Shown: positions 18,569-28,111 of the stretch, one piece after another
How positions within the stretch are numbered: position 1 is the first letter of the stretch
Layout: every line of letters begins with the position of its first letter
Source of the DNA: an uncultured bacterium
GTDB taxonomy: Bacteria > Schekmanbacteria > GWA2-38-11 > J061
Length of the DNA: 33,331 nt
Direction of reading: 5' to 3'
Assembly: GCA_964549305.1 (NCBI GenBank)
Contig: CAZJVM010000029.1
Span: 1 to 33,331, forward strand
Program-made: the position numbers and the translations under genes
The notes under the pieces: generated by a model
Seen by the model: the letters and a program-made list of their open reading frames with translations, nothing else
What the model was told of the DNA's origin: nothing
Database searches by the model: none

Positions 18569-19663
18569 CTAAGGGGATGTAAATGCTGCCTGATTGGAAT
18601 ATCCTGACTCGAGTATTTTCCTGTCCAAATAGGGTTTTCCTTTTTTGTATGCGCTTACGGCGTAATAGTATGTTTTTCCGCTTTTTACATCGGTATCTTC
18701 ATATGAATTTTTTTCTGTTGTCCCTACCGTGTCGATACTCACGATGGTATCGAGTTTTTTGAAATTTGACCTATTTTTAAGGCGCCTGTATATAATGAAA
18801 CCCTTTTCATCATCGCTTGAGTCATCCCAGGAAAGAAAAGGATTGCCATCGACAGTTTCCGTTATTACGAGATTTTCCGGTACAGTGGGCGCGGAAGGTA
18901 TCTCTTCTTCCCAGGTCGCCCATACGTCTATATCCCCCACATCGACTATATCTTCATCTATCTTGGTTTTGATTTCAAAATTGTCCTGCCAGTTTGGATT
19001 TAATACATTGTCTTTGTTTACGCCGTCAATATCTTCAGTGGTGCCTATGGTATCATCAGATTCCAGAGAAATAATATCATTGTTTTTGTCTCTCACAAGG
19101 GCGTAAACCTTTACATCCCACACGGGTATGGAAGACCTGTTGATAACCTGTCCCCTTATTTTTCTGTTCTTCACCTTTAATTTCGTAGTTCTGATTTTTA
19201 GTCTCTTCCTTGCCCTTAAAGGCAGAGTTTTTTTCTTTGTTGATAAAATCTTGGTGATTGCTGATGTCGTATTCGCGGGGACATTGGCAAATAAGTGAGA
19301 AAATACGCCTTTCCTGCCCTTTTTCAGGACTGAAAGCGTTATATCGTTATTGCTGGCAATTCTTCTCGGTTCTTTCCCTATGACATCCTCTTTTATGCTG
19401 GTTACTTCAGTATTCGTATCATCAAAGAGAGTAATCTGTACCTGAATATTAGTTAGCCACCTGCTCTTTTTATTTTTTACTTCGCCGAAGACATAATAAT
19501 TCTTTCCCTTTCTGACCACATTTACGTCTCCCTTTTCCACACGCGTATTTTTATCCTTCTTGTTTTTGCACCCTCCCGAGTTTTTTCCGCCCGTAAGTCC
19601 CACTGCTCCGAGAAGAGGGAAAATTACAATCAAAAGCATAAGTATTTTTGCTGAGTTTCTCAT
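18569..19663 (-). CDS. Secreted protein with two FxLYD-like beta domains and a C-terminal fibronectin type III domain
   Basis: Signal-like N-terminus; repeated V.GEVKN...V.ITLFD / I.GQVIN...V.ALVRD pattern; FN3 pattern APTVPENL...LSWDD....GFIIYRR...YEDTDV..GKTYYYAVSAY. Confidence 0.7.
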   Translation of the reverse strand: MRNSAKILMLLIVIFPLLGAVGLTGGKNSGGCKNKKDKNTRVEKGDVNVVRKGKNYYVFGEVKNKKSRWLTNIQVQITLFDDTNTEVTSIKEDVIGKEPRRIASNNDITLSVLKKGRKGVFSHLFANVPANTTSAITKILSTKKKTLPLRARKRLKIRTTKLKVKNRKIRGQVINRSSIPVWDVKVYALVRDKNNDIISLESDDTIGTTEDIDGVNKDNVLNPNWQDNFEIKTKIDEDIVDVGDIDVWATWEEEIPSAPTVPENLVITETVDGNPFLSWDDSSDDEKGFIIYRRLKNRSNFKKLDTIVSIDTVGTTEKNSYEDTDVKSGKTYYYAVSAYKKGKPYLDRKILESGYSNQAAFTSP

Positions 19664-19688
19664 TTGTATAAATAATAGAGTTTTAATT

Positions 19689-21017
19689 TTAGAAAGGCAA
19701 TCCCATCAACCCCTTGCCTTTTTTACCTGATGAAAAGTTTTTAAGCATCTTCTTCATTTGGGCAAACTGCTTTAGAAGCCGGTTTATATCCTGAAGGGAT
19801 GAACCGCTTCCGCGAGCAATCCTTTTTCTTCGGCTTCCGTTTATAATTGTATGGTTCAGCCTCTCTTTTTTTGTCATTGAATTTATTATGGCTTCTATTT
19901 TTTTCAGCTCTTTGTCGCCAACCTGAAGGTTACCCATTTTTTTCATATTTCCCATTCCGGGAATCATATTTACTATTTCTTCGAGAGGGCCCATATTTTT
20001 TATTTGTATGAGCTGTTCTCTGAAATCATCCAACGAGAAGCTCTCTTCCTTAATCTTTCTTTGAAGCTCTGCCGCTTTTTCGGCATCAACGGAATCCTGA
20101 GCTTTTTCGATTAGCGTCAGCACATCTCCCATACCGAGAATTCTCGAGGCAACCCTGTCAGGGTGAAACGCTTCGATTGCGTCTGCCTTTTCGCCTGTTG
20201 CTATGAATTTTATCGGCTTACCGGTAATCGCTCTCATTGAAAGCGCCGCGCCTCCCCGCGCGTCTCCGTCCATTTTTGTAAGGATTATCCCCGTTACGCC
20301 AATCTGCGAATCAAACTCCTTCGCTATGTTAACAGCGTCCTGCCCTGTCATACTATCCCCCACAAGTATTTTTTCCGCGACAGGTACTGCCCCGTCGATT
20401 TCTTTAAGCTCATTCATAAGCTCATCATCGATGTGAAGGCGTCCGGCAGTATCGATTATCAGTATGTCGTGATTGTTATCTGAAGCATATTCATAAGCGG
20501 AAACAGCTATTTTGTCGGGCTTTTGCGATGTAGACGAGGGATGGATAAAAAGACCGTTTTTCTCACCTAATGTTTTCAGCTGGTCTATTGCCGCGGGCCT
20601 GTATATGTCAGCCGAAACAAGGCAGGGGTTGTGACCGTTTTTTTTCAATAACAGAGCGAGTTTTACAGAAGTTGTGGTTTTTCCGCACCCCTGAAGTCCA
20701 AGCAGCATTATTACGGCAGGCGGTTTCGTGTCGAGTTTCAGCTTTTCGTTTTTCTCTCCAAGCAGGGCAACAAGCTCTTCATTTACGACCTTTATTACCT
20801 GCTGGCCGGGAGTGAGGGATTTTAGAATTTCCTGTCCCGTGGCTTTTTCTTCGATTGATTTTACTAAATCTTTCACTACTTTGAAATTGACGTCCGCTTC
20901 AAGGAGAGCCATTTTTACTTCTTTCAGCCCTGCTTTTACATCCGATTCAGAAAGCTTCCCCCTTTTCCTAAGCTTTGAAAAAGTCTCTTCAAGTTTTTTT
21001 GACAGATTCTCAAACAT
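19689..21017 (-). CDS. ffh: Signal recognition particle protein Ffh
   Basis: ALLEADVN, GLQGCGKTTT, DIYRPAA, DTAGR, TKMDGDARGGAALS, RILGMGD, M-domain IINSMT..ER. Confidence 0.99.
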   Translation of the reverse strand: MFENLSKKLEETFSKLRKRGKLSESDVKAGLKEVKMALLEADVNFKVVKDLVKSIEEKATGQEILKSLTPGQQVIKVVNEELVALLGEKNEKLKLDTKPPAVIMLLGLQGCGKTTTSVKLALLLKKNGHNPCLVSADIYRPAAIDQLKTLGEKNGLFIHPSSTSQKPDKIAVSAYEYASDNNHDILIIDTAGRLHIDDELMNELKEIDGAVPVAEKILVGDSMTGQDAVNIAKEFDSQIGVTGIILTKMDGDARGGAALSMRAITGKPIKFIATGEKADAIEAFHPDRVASRILGMGDVLTLIEKAQDSVDAEKAAELQRKIKEESFSLDDFREQLIQIKNMGPLEEIVNMIPGMGNMKKMGNLQVGDKELKKIEAIINSMTKKERLNHTIINGSRRKRIARGSGSSLQDINRLLKQFAQMKKMLKNFSSGKKGKGLMGLPF

Positions 21018-21030
21018 TGTTTTTTGCTTT

Positions 21031-23520
21031 CTAATCTACCGGAGGTTCAGGTACCGGGTTTTTGATTGCCGGAATATTATTTTTTTTCCTGAAATCTTTT
21101 CCCTCTGTAATCTCAGGAGTTTTACTTTCGATTGTTTCTTCTGAGGGGGTATCGATTTCAATCTCAATATCCGAATCTTCTTCGGATGCCGTTATTTCAC
21201 CTGATTTTTCCTCCTCAAGCAGTTTTGACCTTTCATCGAGCAGCTCAATTTCATCTTTTTTCTTATCCCAGAATTTATATTTTCCGTCGATAATTGTTCT
21301 GTAGATGAAATCCTTGCTCTTTTCGTCATCTTCACGAATCTTTTTTGCTATATCCTTTTTCTTTTGCGTTAGTTTCGCAAGCTCTGCGGGAGTGTCAATT
21401 ATGATAGGTTTTATGAAAATCAGCAGGTTTGTCTTCTCTTTGGTATTTGTCCTCTTGGAGAAAAACCATCCTAAAAGAGGGATATCACCCAGGCAGGGGA
21501 TTTTAGATACATCGGGTGTGTTTGTTTCCCTTATCAATCCGCCTATAATAATCGTTTCCTGGTCTCTTGCAACAGCAGTGGTTTTGGCTTCCCTTTTGTT
21601 TGTTTCTACTCCCTGATCCGTTACCGAAAGGACATTTTCGATTGTCTGCTCTATTTCCATACGGACAAATCCTTCTTTGTTGATATGAGGTGTAAGTCTC
21701 AGGTCAAGAGCAACATCCTTGAATTCAAATGTATTGACGGTGTTTGCCGAGTCTGCCACGATAGTAGAGCTTTTTATGAATCGCCTGTTTTCGCCTACGA
21801 GTATCTTTGCCTCTTCGTTATCAGTGGTTATAATCTGCGGTTGCGCAATTACATTGATTCCCGTTTGTGTTGAAAGTGCTGTTGCAAGAGCGCCGATATT
21901 AAGTACTTCCGTGCCGTCTGCAAGTGTTATGGTGCCTTTTGTCATGGCGACCGTTCCGCCCTGCGGAAGAGAAGGTATTCCCGCTCCTCCCGTTGCAGAT
22001 GAGGCAATAAGTCCCGCAAGAGAACCGCTGAGGTTGCTTAAACCTATTGCTCTTAAATTGTTGTTTTCGATTGTTTCAAGCTTTTGGAGAAGATTGAGGT
22101 CAACGCCAAGGCTAATCAGTCTTGTCTGGCTGATTTCTATAATGAGTGACTCGATAAACACCTGAGGTTTCATTATATCAAGCTTCGCGATAATTTTTTT
22201 AAGAAGCTGATAATCTTCCGGGGATGCCGAAATAATAAGGGCATTGGTGGATTTATCCGAGGATATTATCACGTCGTTTCCGAAAAGCGGCGCTGTCGGT
22301 TGTACGCCTCCCGGTCTTCCTGCAGGAGCCCTCGCGACGGATGGACTTTTTTTGATAATTCCAGTAAGCGCCGAGCGCACGTCTTCGGCTACGGCATTAT
22401 TGAGATAATAGACATTTACCTTACTTGATCCTTTTTCAATAGGCGCGTCAAGTTTTTCAAGGAGTCCTTCAACCTGATTTGTTACCTGAAGAGTTGCTAC
22501 TATTATGAGGGAATTGAGTCTTTCATCGGGTATTATTTTTACTCCTTTCAGGTTGCCTCTTGTCTGCCGAGGTGCTTTGGGCGCTTTGGGGTTTGTTGAC
22601 GTGGGAAAAGCCATAGTGCCCTGAAGAATTTCTCTTAATTCCGCGGCAAGAGTCTTTGCCGAAGCGTTTTCAAGGGGAAGGACGGATATTACAGGCCTTT
22701 CCTCAAGCCCCGCTACATCTATTGCCTCGATTATTTTCAGAAGTCTTTTAATATTTTCGGCAGTATCGGTGATAATGAGTGTATTTGTGGGGGCATAGGT
22801 TGATATATTTCCTGTCCTCGGGCTTATGAGCTGTCCCAGCGCGCTTCGAATCTGGTTAGCTTCGGCATATTGTAAATGGGTTACATAGGTTATAAGTTGT
22901 GCAGAGTCGGAAAGTTCGGTTTCTTCGGTTTTAAAAATTGTGTCTATTGCGCTTTGTCTTGCTTCCTGAGACTTTACAATCCTGATTGCCTCTTTTGTTT
23001 CGACAATGTTGTAACCTCTGTAGTCAAGCACAGAGAGAAAAATATTCCATGCTTCCGTTTTTGAAAGTTTTTTCGGGGCGATGATGGTAATCTTGTCCCT
23101 GAAGGTTTCATCGTAGATTACATTTTTCCCCATAAGCTCTGAGAACATTTTTATGAGGTCTTTTATCTCTCCCTTGAAATCAAGAGTAATGTAATCTTTT
23201 TTCTGCGATATTTTTGATGACGAAGGGTAGTTTTTATATCGCGTTTTTTCTGTTTTGGCTTTTGTGTGGGAATCCGCTGTCTTTTGAGGTAGTTTGGGTT
23301 TGACCTTTCTCCTCGGAGATTTTTTAGGTCTTGCCGCGGGCGCGGAAGTTATCGCTCTTTCCTCGTCGGTTTTCTGTATCGCCTGCAAAGGTTTTTTCTT
23401 CGGTGAGTTGTTGCCGGCTTTTGCCGTTGCGCAAGGAGTCTGAGAGAGGAAAAAAACAAATGATAAACTTAGAAAAAGAACCAGATATTTCGTTTTGTTC
23501 TTCAAATCAATACCCTTCAT
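21031..23520 (-). CDS. gspD: Type II secretion system secretin GspD
   Basis: N0 (ITLDFKG-EIKDLIK..SELMGKN), three KH-like N domains (TNTLII, LNSLII, TNALII), secretin core QVFIESLIIE, TTDNEEAKILVGE, IPCLGDIPLLGWFF, NLLIFIKPII. Confidence 0.95.
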   Translation of the reverse strand: MKGIDLKNKTKYLVLFLSLSFVFFLSQTPCATAKAGNNSPKKKPLQAIQKTDEERAITSAPAARPKKSPRRKVKPKLPQKTADSHTKAKTEKTRYKNYPSSSKISQKKDYITLDFKGEIKDLIKMFSELMGKNVIYDETFRDKITIIAPKKLSKTEAWNIFLSVLDYRGYNIVETKEAIRIVKSQEARQSAIDTIFKTEETELSDSAQLITYVTHLQYAEANQIRSALGQLISPRTGNISTYAPTNTLIITDTAENIKRLLKIIEAIDVAGLEERPVISVLPLENASAKTLAAELREILQGTMAFPTSTNPKAPKAPRQTRGNLKGVKIIPDERLNSLIIVATLQVTNQVEGLLEKLDAPIEKGSSKVNVYYLNNAVAEDVRSALTGIIKKSPSVARAPAGRPGGVQPTAPLFGNDVIISSDKSTNALIISASPEDYQLLKKIIAKLDIMKPQVFIESLIIEISQTRLISLGVDLNLLQKLETIENNNLRAIGLSNLSGSLAGLIASSATGGAGIPSLPQGGTVAMTKGTITLADGTEVLNIGALATALSTQTGINVIAQPQIITTDNEEAKILVGENRRFIKSSTIVADSANTVNTFEFKDVALDLRLTPHINKEGFVRMEIEQTIENVLSVTDQGVETNKREAKTTAVARDQETIIIGGLIRETNTPDVSKIPCLGDIPLLGWFFSKRTNTKEKTNLLIFIKPIIIDTPAELAKLTQKKKDIAKKIREDDEKSKDFIYRTIIDGKYKFWDKKKDEIELLDERSKLLEEEKSGEITASEEDSDIEIEIDTPSEETIESKTPEITEGKDFRKKNNIPAIKNPVPEPPVD

Positions 23521-23530
23521 TTGATTAAGA

Positions 23531-24436
23531 TTAATCTGTCAATTGGTAATTCAAGGTCATATTTTTATTGGCACGGCTTATACTAACAGAAACTGAATCT
23601 TTGTTCATCAGTTGTTTGTAAACTTCATAAGCTTTTTCGGGGCTCAATATTTTTGTGCTGTTTATTTCTTTGATCACATCACCGTTCATTATGCCAAGCT
23701 TCGACAATACACTTCCCGGTTTTATCTGCGAAACCAGAAATCCATTTGTTTTTCCGTTCAGGAGAAAAGGGGAAAGGCGCATCTGAGTCATAAAATCACT
23801 CATATTTCCCAGTCCCAGTTGCGACCTTTGAATTCTTCGTTCCAGAGATGTTTCCGATGTTTTCATGATTCCGGGAACGGCAGTTTTCTCCCGGGAAAAG
23901 CTTTTTATCTCAGGAGGCGCGGTGTCGAGCACGAGTTTTTCCGGTTTACCGTTGTTTATCAGGATTACATTCCTTCTCAATATTTGATTTACTTTTCCTC
24001 CCGGCGTTTGTTCGTTTACGCGAAACACATCCACTTCCTGTTTGTTCTTTATGAGGGCGATTTTTTCATTGTTTTCACCAGTAGAGGTGCCTAACAATTG
24101 AAGCCCCGAGCGTGAAAGAGGAATTGAATCAAGATTGTCAATATTTACTATTATGGCTTCCTTATCTTTTTTTATTTCCGGTGTTTTTTTGCTTGTATTG
24201 AAAATATTGGCTTTGACTATATCATCGAATTTTGAGGCAGGCGTAATCGCAGATGCGGAAGGTTGCAGTTGGTCTGACTTGTCATTTTGCAAGCTGCTTT
24301 CCTCCTGAGATATGGAAGAAAAAAGCTCCATTCTTATAACGGAAGTTGCAGTATCGGCAAGCTGATAGCATAAAACCGCAATCAAAAACAGGTAAACAGC
24401 CCAGAAATATTTTTCTATCTGCCTTATAAATTCCAT
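23531..24436 (-). CDS. gspC: Type II secretion system protein GspC (TM-HR-PDZ)
   Basis: N-terminal TM helix, NIFN, LQLLGT, HR domain (V..I.R..VIL.NNGK.E.L), PDZ (GF.V..IKPGS...KLG..NGDVI..IN). Directly upstream of gspD. Confidence 0.88.
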   Translation of the reverse strand: MEFIRQIEKYFWAVYLFLIAVLCYQLADTATSVIRMELFSSISQEESSLQNDKSDQLQPSASAITPASKFDDIVKANIFNTSKKTPEIKKDKEAIIVNIDNLDSIPLSRSGLQLLGTSTGENNEKIALIKNKQEVDVFRVNEQTPGGKVNQILRRNVILINNGKPEKLVLDTAPPEIKSFSREKTAVPGIMKTSETSLERRIQRSQLGLGNMSDFMTQMRLSPFLLNGKTNGFLVSQIKPGSVLSKLGIMNGDVIKEINSTKILSPEKAYEVYKQLMNKDSVSVSISRANKNMTLNYQLTD

Positions 24437-24468
24437 TTCAATGACCTAAAATATAGTTTAATCCGTGT

Positions 24469-24498
24469 ATTTTAATTTTTTTGACCTTGAAATGTCAA
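24469..24498 (-). promoter_or_regulatory. Putative sigma70 promoter of gspC-gspD-ffh
   Basis: TTGACA (24498-24493), 18-nt spacer, TAAAAT (24474-24469). Confidence 0.55.
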
Positions 24499-24547
24499 GA
24501 TAAAAAAAACCCTTAAAAAGGTAAAAGTTATTGATTTTATTAGCTAT

Positions 24548-25777
24548 TTACTCAAGCTTATCCTTATCCGAAGGATTGTAGGGTGTGGAAAGATATTTTT
24601 TTGCGTAATCCTTGACATATACGTTTTCTTCATTTGTTTCATCTGCCGAGAGCACTTTTCTGTAATGAGCTTTTGCGGTTTCTCTCTTTCCCAAAGCGTC
24701 ATAAATCATTCCTCTACGCATATTTGACCATTGAATCACCCAATCTCTCTTGCCTGATTTCTCTTCCGTGTTTATTGCGATAGAATAATGCTTCAGCGCG
24801 GATTCATATTTTTCAAGCTTGAAGTATATCTCTCCTCTGAGATATTCTGTTCTTCCCTTCCACGACTCGTTGAAATTGGTCGTTCCTTTCTCAATATTGG
24901 CGTCAATGAGCGATGCCGCTTTTAAAGCTTCATCTTCCTTTTTAAGCTTTGAATATGCTATTCCTTCCATATAGATAAATCTCGGATTGTAAGGGTATTT
25001 ATCCTTCAGAATTTTTATATGACGCAATGCTTTTTGAGGAGAGTTTTCAAAATAAATGTATATGCTCGACAGCACAAGCCGCGCTTCTGCGGCGCCGTAA
25101 GTTCCTTTTTCCGCGCAAAGCTCGAGCTGTTTTATTCCGGTATCCCTGTCTCCGTCCATAAAAAGCAAAAAGGCAAGCACCTTGATGACTCCTGAAAGGC
25201 GGGAGATGAAATAGTTGTACATTCCAAGTCCAAGATATGCCTCGTAGTTTTTTGAGTCGATTTTTACCGCTTCTTCCAGAAGTTTGGTTCCTTTTTTTGA
25301 GTTAAAATAGGCGCTAAACCATTTATGCCTGATTAACGCAACTCTTCCCTTAAAGCCGTATGCTCCTCCGAGATAAAAAAGCGCTTCGGCTTCGCTTCCT
25401 TTTTTCCCTTTGAGCTTCTCCGCTTTCTCAATTGTCTTATCAAGCCACTGGTCGATTTCGTTAACCGCTTTAATGTCGTAATTGAAAAAAAGTTGTCCCC
25501 AGTAAATCATTGCCTTGTAAAAATAAGGAGCGGGGGAATCGGAATTTTGAAGGCGTGCTTTTTCCATCTGCGATGACGCTTTTTCAAAATCAAGATTGTA
25601 GATGGAGTCTATACCTTCCTTGATTTCGTCAGTGATGTCCGCGGTTTGCGAGTGTGAAGGTGACGGCAAAAGCAATATCGCGGAAAAAAAGAAAAGAGTG
25701 AAAACCGCATACTGAAAAAAATCCGCAAGAGGATTCGCGGTTTTTTTGTCTTTTTCAAAAAGCCTACTGAATTTCAA
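24548..25777 (-). CDS. Exported tetratricopeptide-repeat protein
   Basis: Signal/TM segment, then TPR-like repeats (ALFYLGGAYG, AYLGLGMYNY, YLRGEIYFKLEKYESALKHY, RRGMIYDALGKRETAKAHY). Confidence 0.82.
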   Translation of the reverse strand: MKFSRLFEKDKKTANPLADFFQYAVFTLFFFSAILLLPSPSHSQTADITDEIKEGIDSIYNLDFEKASSQMEKARLQNSDSPAPYFYKAMIYWGQLFFNYDIKAVNEIDQWLDKTIEKAEKLKGKKGSEAEALFYLGGAYGFKGRVALIRHKWFSAYFNSKKGTKLLEEAVKIDSKNYEAYLGLGMYNYFISRLSGVIKVLAFLLFMDGDRDTGIKQLELCAEKGTYGAAEARLVLSSIYIYFENSPQKALRHIKILKDKYPYNPRFIYMEGIAYSKLKKEDEALKAASLIDANIEKGTTNFNESWKGRTEYLRGEIYFKLEKYESALKHYSIAINTEEKSGKRDWVIQWSNMRRGMIYDALGKRETAKAHYRKVLSADETNEENVYVKDYAKKYLSTPYNPSDKDKLE

Positions 25778-26483
25778 TTTTTCCCTTAAAAATCTTTACT
25801 TTTTTAAATTTCCCTGCGTCTGTTTCTATAGCGAAATTGGTTCCCTTTATAGAAATAGTCAGATCAAAGGTTCCCGATAACTGCGGGTCGGATATACTTT
25901 TAATTTTGTTAATGTCCTCAACAATTTTGTCTTTGAATACTTTTGCTGAAAACTGAAGCAATTCCGCGCCGTCTGTTATTAACGGTCCTTGTGAGTCATT
26001 TGTAAGGTAACCATTTATTCCCGTCCACGGTTCCGGCAAAGACGGTGATTTCAACTCGTAAGTAACGCTTCGTTCAATGCCTTCATCCTGAGGCACTATA
26101 ATTTTCGCATTGCCGTTCTTTTTAATTCTCAGTTTTACATTTTTTACTGTACCTTTAAGGCGACTTTTACCCTTTTCCAATTTAAATATGAAAACGATTT
26201 TCAGCCTTTTGCGGGATTTTACAAGAGGACTTAGAAACATCTTTGCTGCAGGCAAATCGTCAGAATTAAAAATAATTCCGTCTTGCGGTTTTATTCCCTT
26301 TGCCTTCTTTTTTTTGATTTTTTTGGTATTTACTACCACAGTATCTGTAACGGATTCGGCTTCAAATGCTATTGACCTGTTTTTAAGAGAAAAGTAGGAT
26401 TTTCCGGCATGTGCGGGATGAGTGTAAAAGTTTAAAATAAACAGTGTAAAGGATATGGCAATAATTTTAAACTTTGTCTTCAT
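25764..26483 (-). CDS. Hypothetical secreted protein (Lys-rich, beta-rich)
   Basis: Sec signal ending AHA|G; 239-aa ORF overlapping the TPR gene start. No family recognised. Confidence 0.7.
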   Translation of the reverse strand: MKTKFKIIAISFTLFILNFYTHPAHAGKSYFSLKNRSIAFEAESVTDTVVVNTKKIKKKKAKGIKPQDGIIFNSDDLPAAKMFLSPLVKSRKRLKIVFIFKLEKGKSRLKGTVKNVKLRIKKNGNAKIIVPQDEGIERSVTYELKSPSLPEPWTGINGYLTNDSQGPLITDGAELLQFSAKVFKDKIVEDINKIKSISDPQLSGTFDLTISIKGTNFAIETDAGKFKKVKIFKGKIEIQ

Positions 26484-26597
26484 TCTTAATCAATAGCACT
26501 GTGATTTTAAGAAATCAAACACAAAAAAAGAGCCATATAAGGGTAAAAAAATATTTTAGACAAATTGATGAAAAACCTTTCAATATCGTTTTTCAAG

Positions 26598-26626
26598 TTG
26601 ACAGCTATTATACATACCATTATAAA
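26598..26626 (+). promoter_or_regulatory. Putative sigma70 promoter
   Basis: TTGACA (26598-26603), 17-nt spacer, TATAAA, followed by a perfect RBS TAAGGAGGT before 26685. Confidence 0.6.
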
Positions 26627-26684
26627 ATTAAGTTAATTGATTTTACGATTGTAAACTTTTGATTAAGTAAGGAGGTGTAAAATT

Positions 26685-26969
26685 ATGAAAAGATTATTTG
26701 CGTTGATGTTGGTTCTTTCAGTTGCTGTTGTATTCTCTGCGTGTGCTCAGTTAAATGCCAATGTGTCTGATATTCACGCGGCGCAGGATATTATCAACGA
26801 TGCCTGGGTTGCAGGTGCCTCAACAGAGGCGGCCTATGAGTATAACAGCGCGAAGGCCTATCTTGAAGCGGCGGAGCACGAAAGAGACGAAAATGATTAC
26901 GATGCGGCAAGAAAGTATGCGGCAAAGGCACTGGAACAGGCAAAAAAGGCGCTTGAGAAAAGCAAATAA
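26685..26969 (+). CDS. DUF4398-like small helical lipoprotein
   Basis: Lipobox FSA|C; A...GA...AAYEY.SAKAYL..A.......Y..A..YA..A pattern. Upstream of an OmpA-domain gene. Confidence 0.8.
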   Translation: MKRLFALMLVLSVAVVFSACAQLNANVSDIHAAQDIINDAWVAGASTEAAYEYNSAKAYLEAAEHERDENDYDAARKYAAKALEQAKKALEKSK

Positions 26970-27009
26970 TAATTCATTTAAAATGTCTGTATTTTTGGAG
27001 GATTAAATT

Positions 27010-27963
27010 ATGATAGACAAGTTATTTTCTAAGCTATGGGTAATAGCTTTAACGGTATCCTTAGCATTTCTTTTTGCCGGTTGTGCCGCACAGTTAACAG
27101 GTCAGCTTGAAGCGGACCAGGCAAAACTTACAGAGCTGGCAAAGGTCAGGAAAGATTTTTGCCCTGAAGGGGAGAGACTTTACGCACAAGCAGAAGCGCT
27201 TCTTGACAACGCGACGCACGAGATAATCGAAGAAGGAAACCACAAAGCGGCATCTTCCGATATGCTTGCAAGGGCGGAAGGCGCTATGGAAGGCGCTGAA
27301 AAGGCATATTCCCAGTGCAAACCTCCCAAGCGCTACAGCGCGCCTGTGGGAGCTATTGCAATGGCGGACAAGGCATATGCCGGAGATGAAGTAAGAATAG
27401 ACGGCAGTGGCTCCACCGATGCCGACAATGACACTCTGGAATATGCGTGGGATTTCGGCGACGGCGGTAAAGGTACGGGTAAAATAGGGAATTATGTTTT
27501 TGAAAAGACCGGAACATACAATGTGACGCTTAAGGTTTCCGACTTTCTTTATGACGGAAAACCGGTTACAAAGAGCATTCTCATCGAGAAGAAACTTCCG
27601 GAAATTATAGTGCTTAACGAAATTAACTATCACAATGTAAATTTTGCCCTTAACAGCTCTATGCTCAAAGCCGCGGCAAAAGGGCTTCTTGACGAAAACG
27701 TTCAGGCGATTAACGAACATCCTGAATACAAGGTTGTTGTAATAGGACACACCTGCAGTTTGGGGAGTGAAAAATTCAATCAGACGCTTTCCGAAAGACG
27801 CGCCGAAAAGGTAAAAGCATATTACATCGATAAGGGAATTGACTCTTCAATAGTCGAAGCAATTGGAAAGGGTGAAAGTGAACCTGCAGTAAGCAATGAT
27901 ACGAGACAGGGAAGGGAGAGAAACAGAAGAGTTGTCACAGAACTTCACCTTATTAAGAAATAG
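27010..27963 (+). CDS. OmpA-C (peptidoglycan-binding) lipoprotein with an internal PKD domain
   Basis: Lipobox FAG|C; helical N-region; PKD motif DGSGSTDAD...Y.WDFGDG...GTYNVTLKVSD; OmpA-C motifs VNFALNS, GHTC..GS..FN..LS.RRA..VK, GKGESEP, NRRV. Confidence 0.92.
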   Translation: MIDKLFSKLWVIALTVSLAFLFAGCAAQLTGQLEADQAKLTELAKVRKDFCPEGERLYAQAEALLDNATHEIIEEGNHKAASSDMLARAEGAMEGAEKAYSQCKPPKRYSAPVGAIAMADKAYAGDEVRIDGSGSTDADNDTLEYAWDFGDGGKGTGKIGNYVFEKTGTYNVTLKVSDFLYDGKPVTKSILIEKKLPEIIVLNEINYHNVNFALNSSMLKAAAKGLLDENVQAINEHPEYKVVVIGHTCSLGSEKFNQTLSERRAEKVKAYYIDKGIDSSIVEAIGKGESEPAVSNDTRQGRERNRRVVTELHLIKK

Positions 27964-27985
27964 GTTTGTTAGATCAGAAAAGCCG

Positions 27986-28020
27986 AAAGAGCCTCCTTTT
28001 CAAAAGGAGGCTCTTTTTTT
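27986..28020 (+). terminator. Rho-independent terminator
   Basis: AAAGAGCCTCCTTTT-C-AAAAGGAGGCTCTTT inverted repeat running into a T-tract, about 22 nt after the OmpA stop. Confidence 0.88.
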
Positions 28021-28111
28021 ATTGTTTGACTTAAAAGCATTAATTATCTATTTTTCACTGAACAGTTTTATTGCCGGATTAACTCATTAATATTACTTAG
28101 GAGATTCCCTG

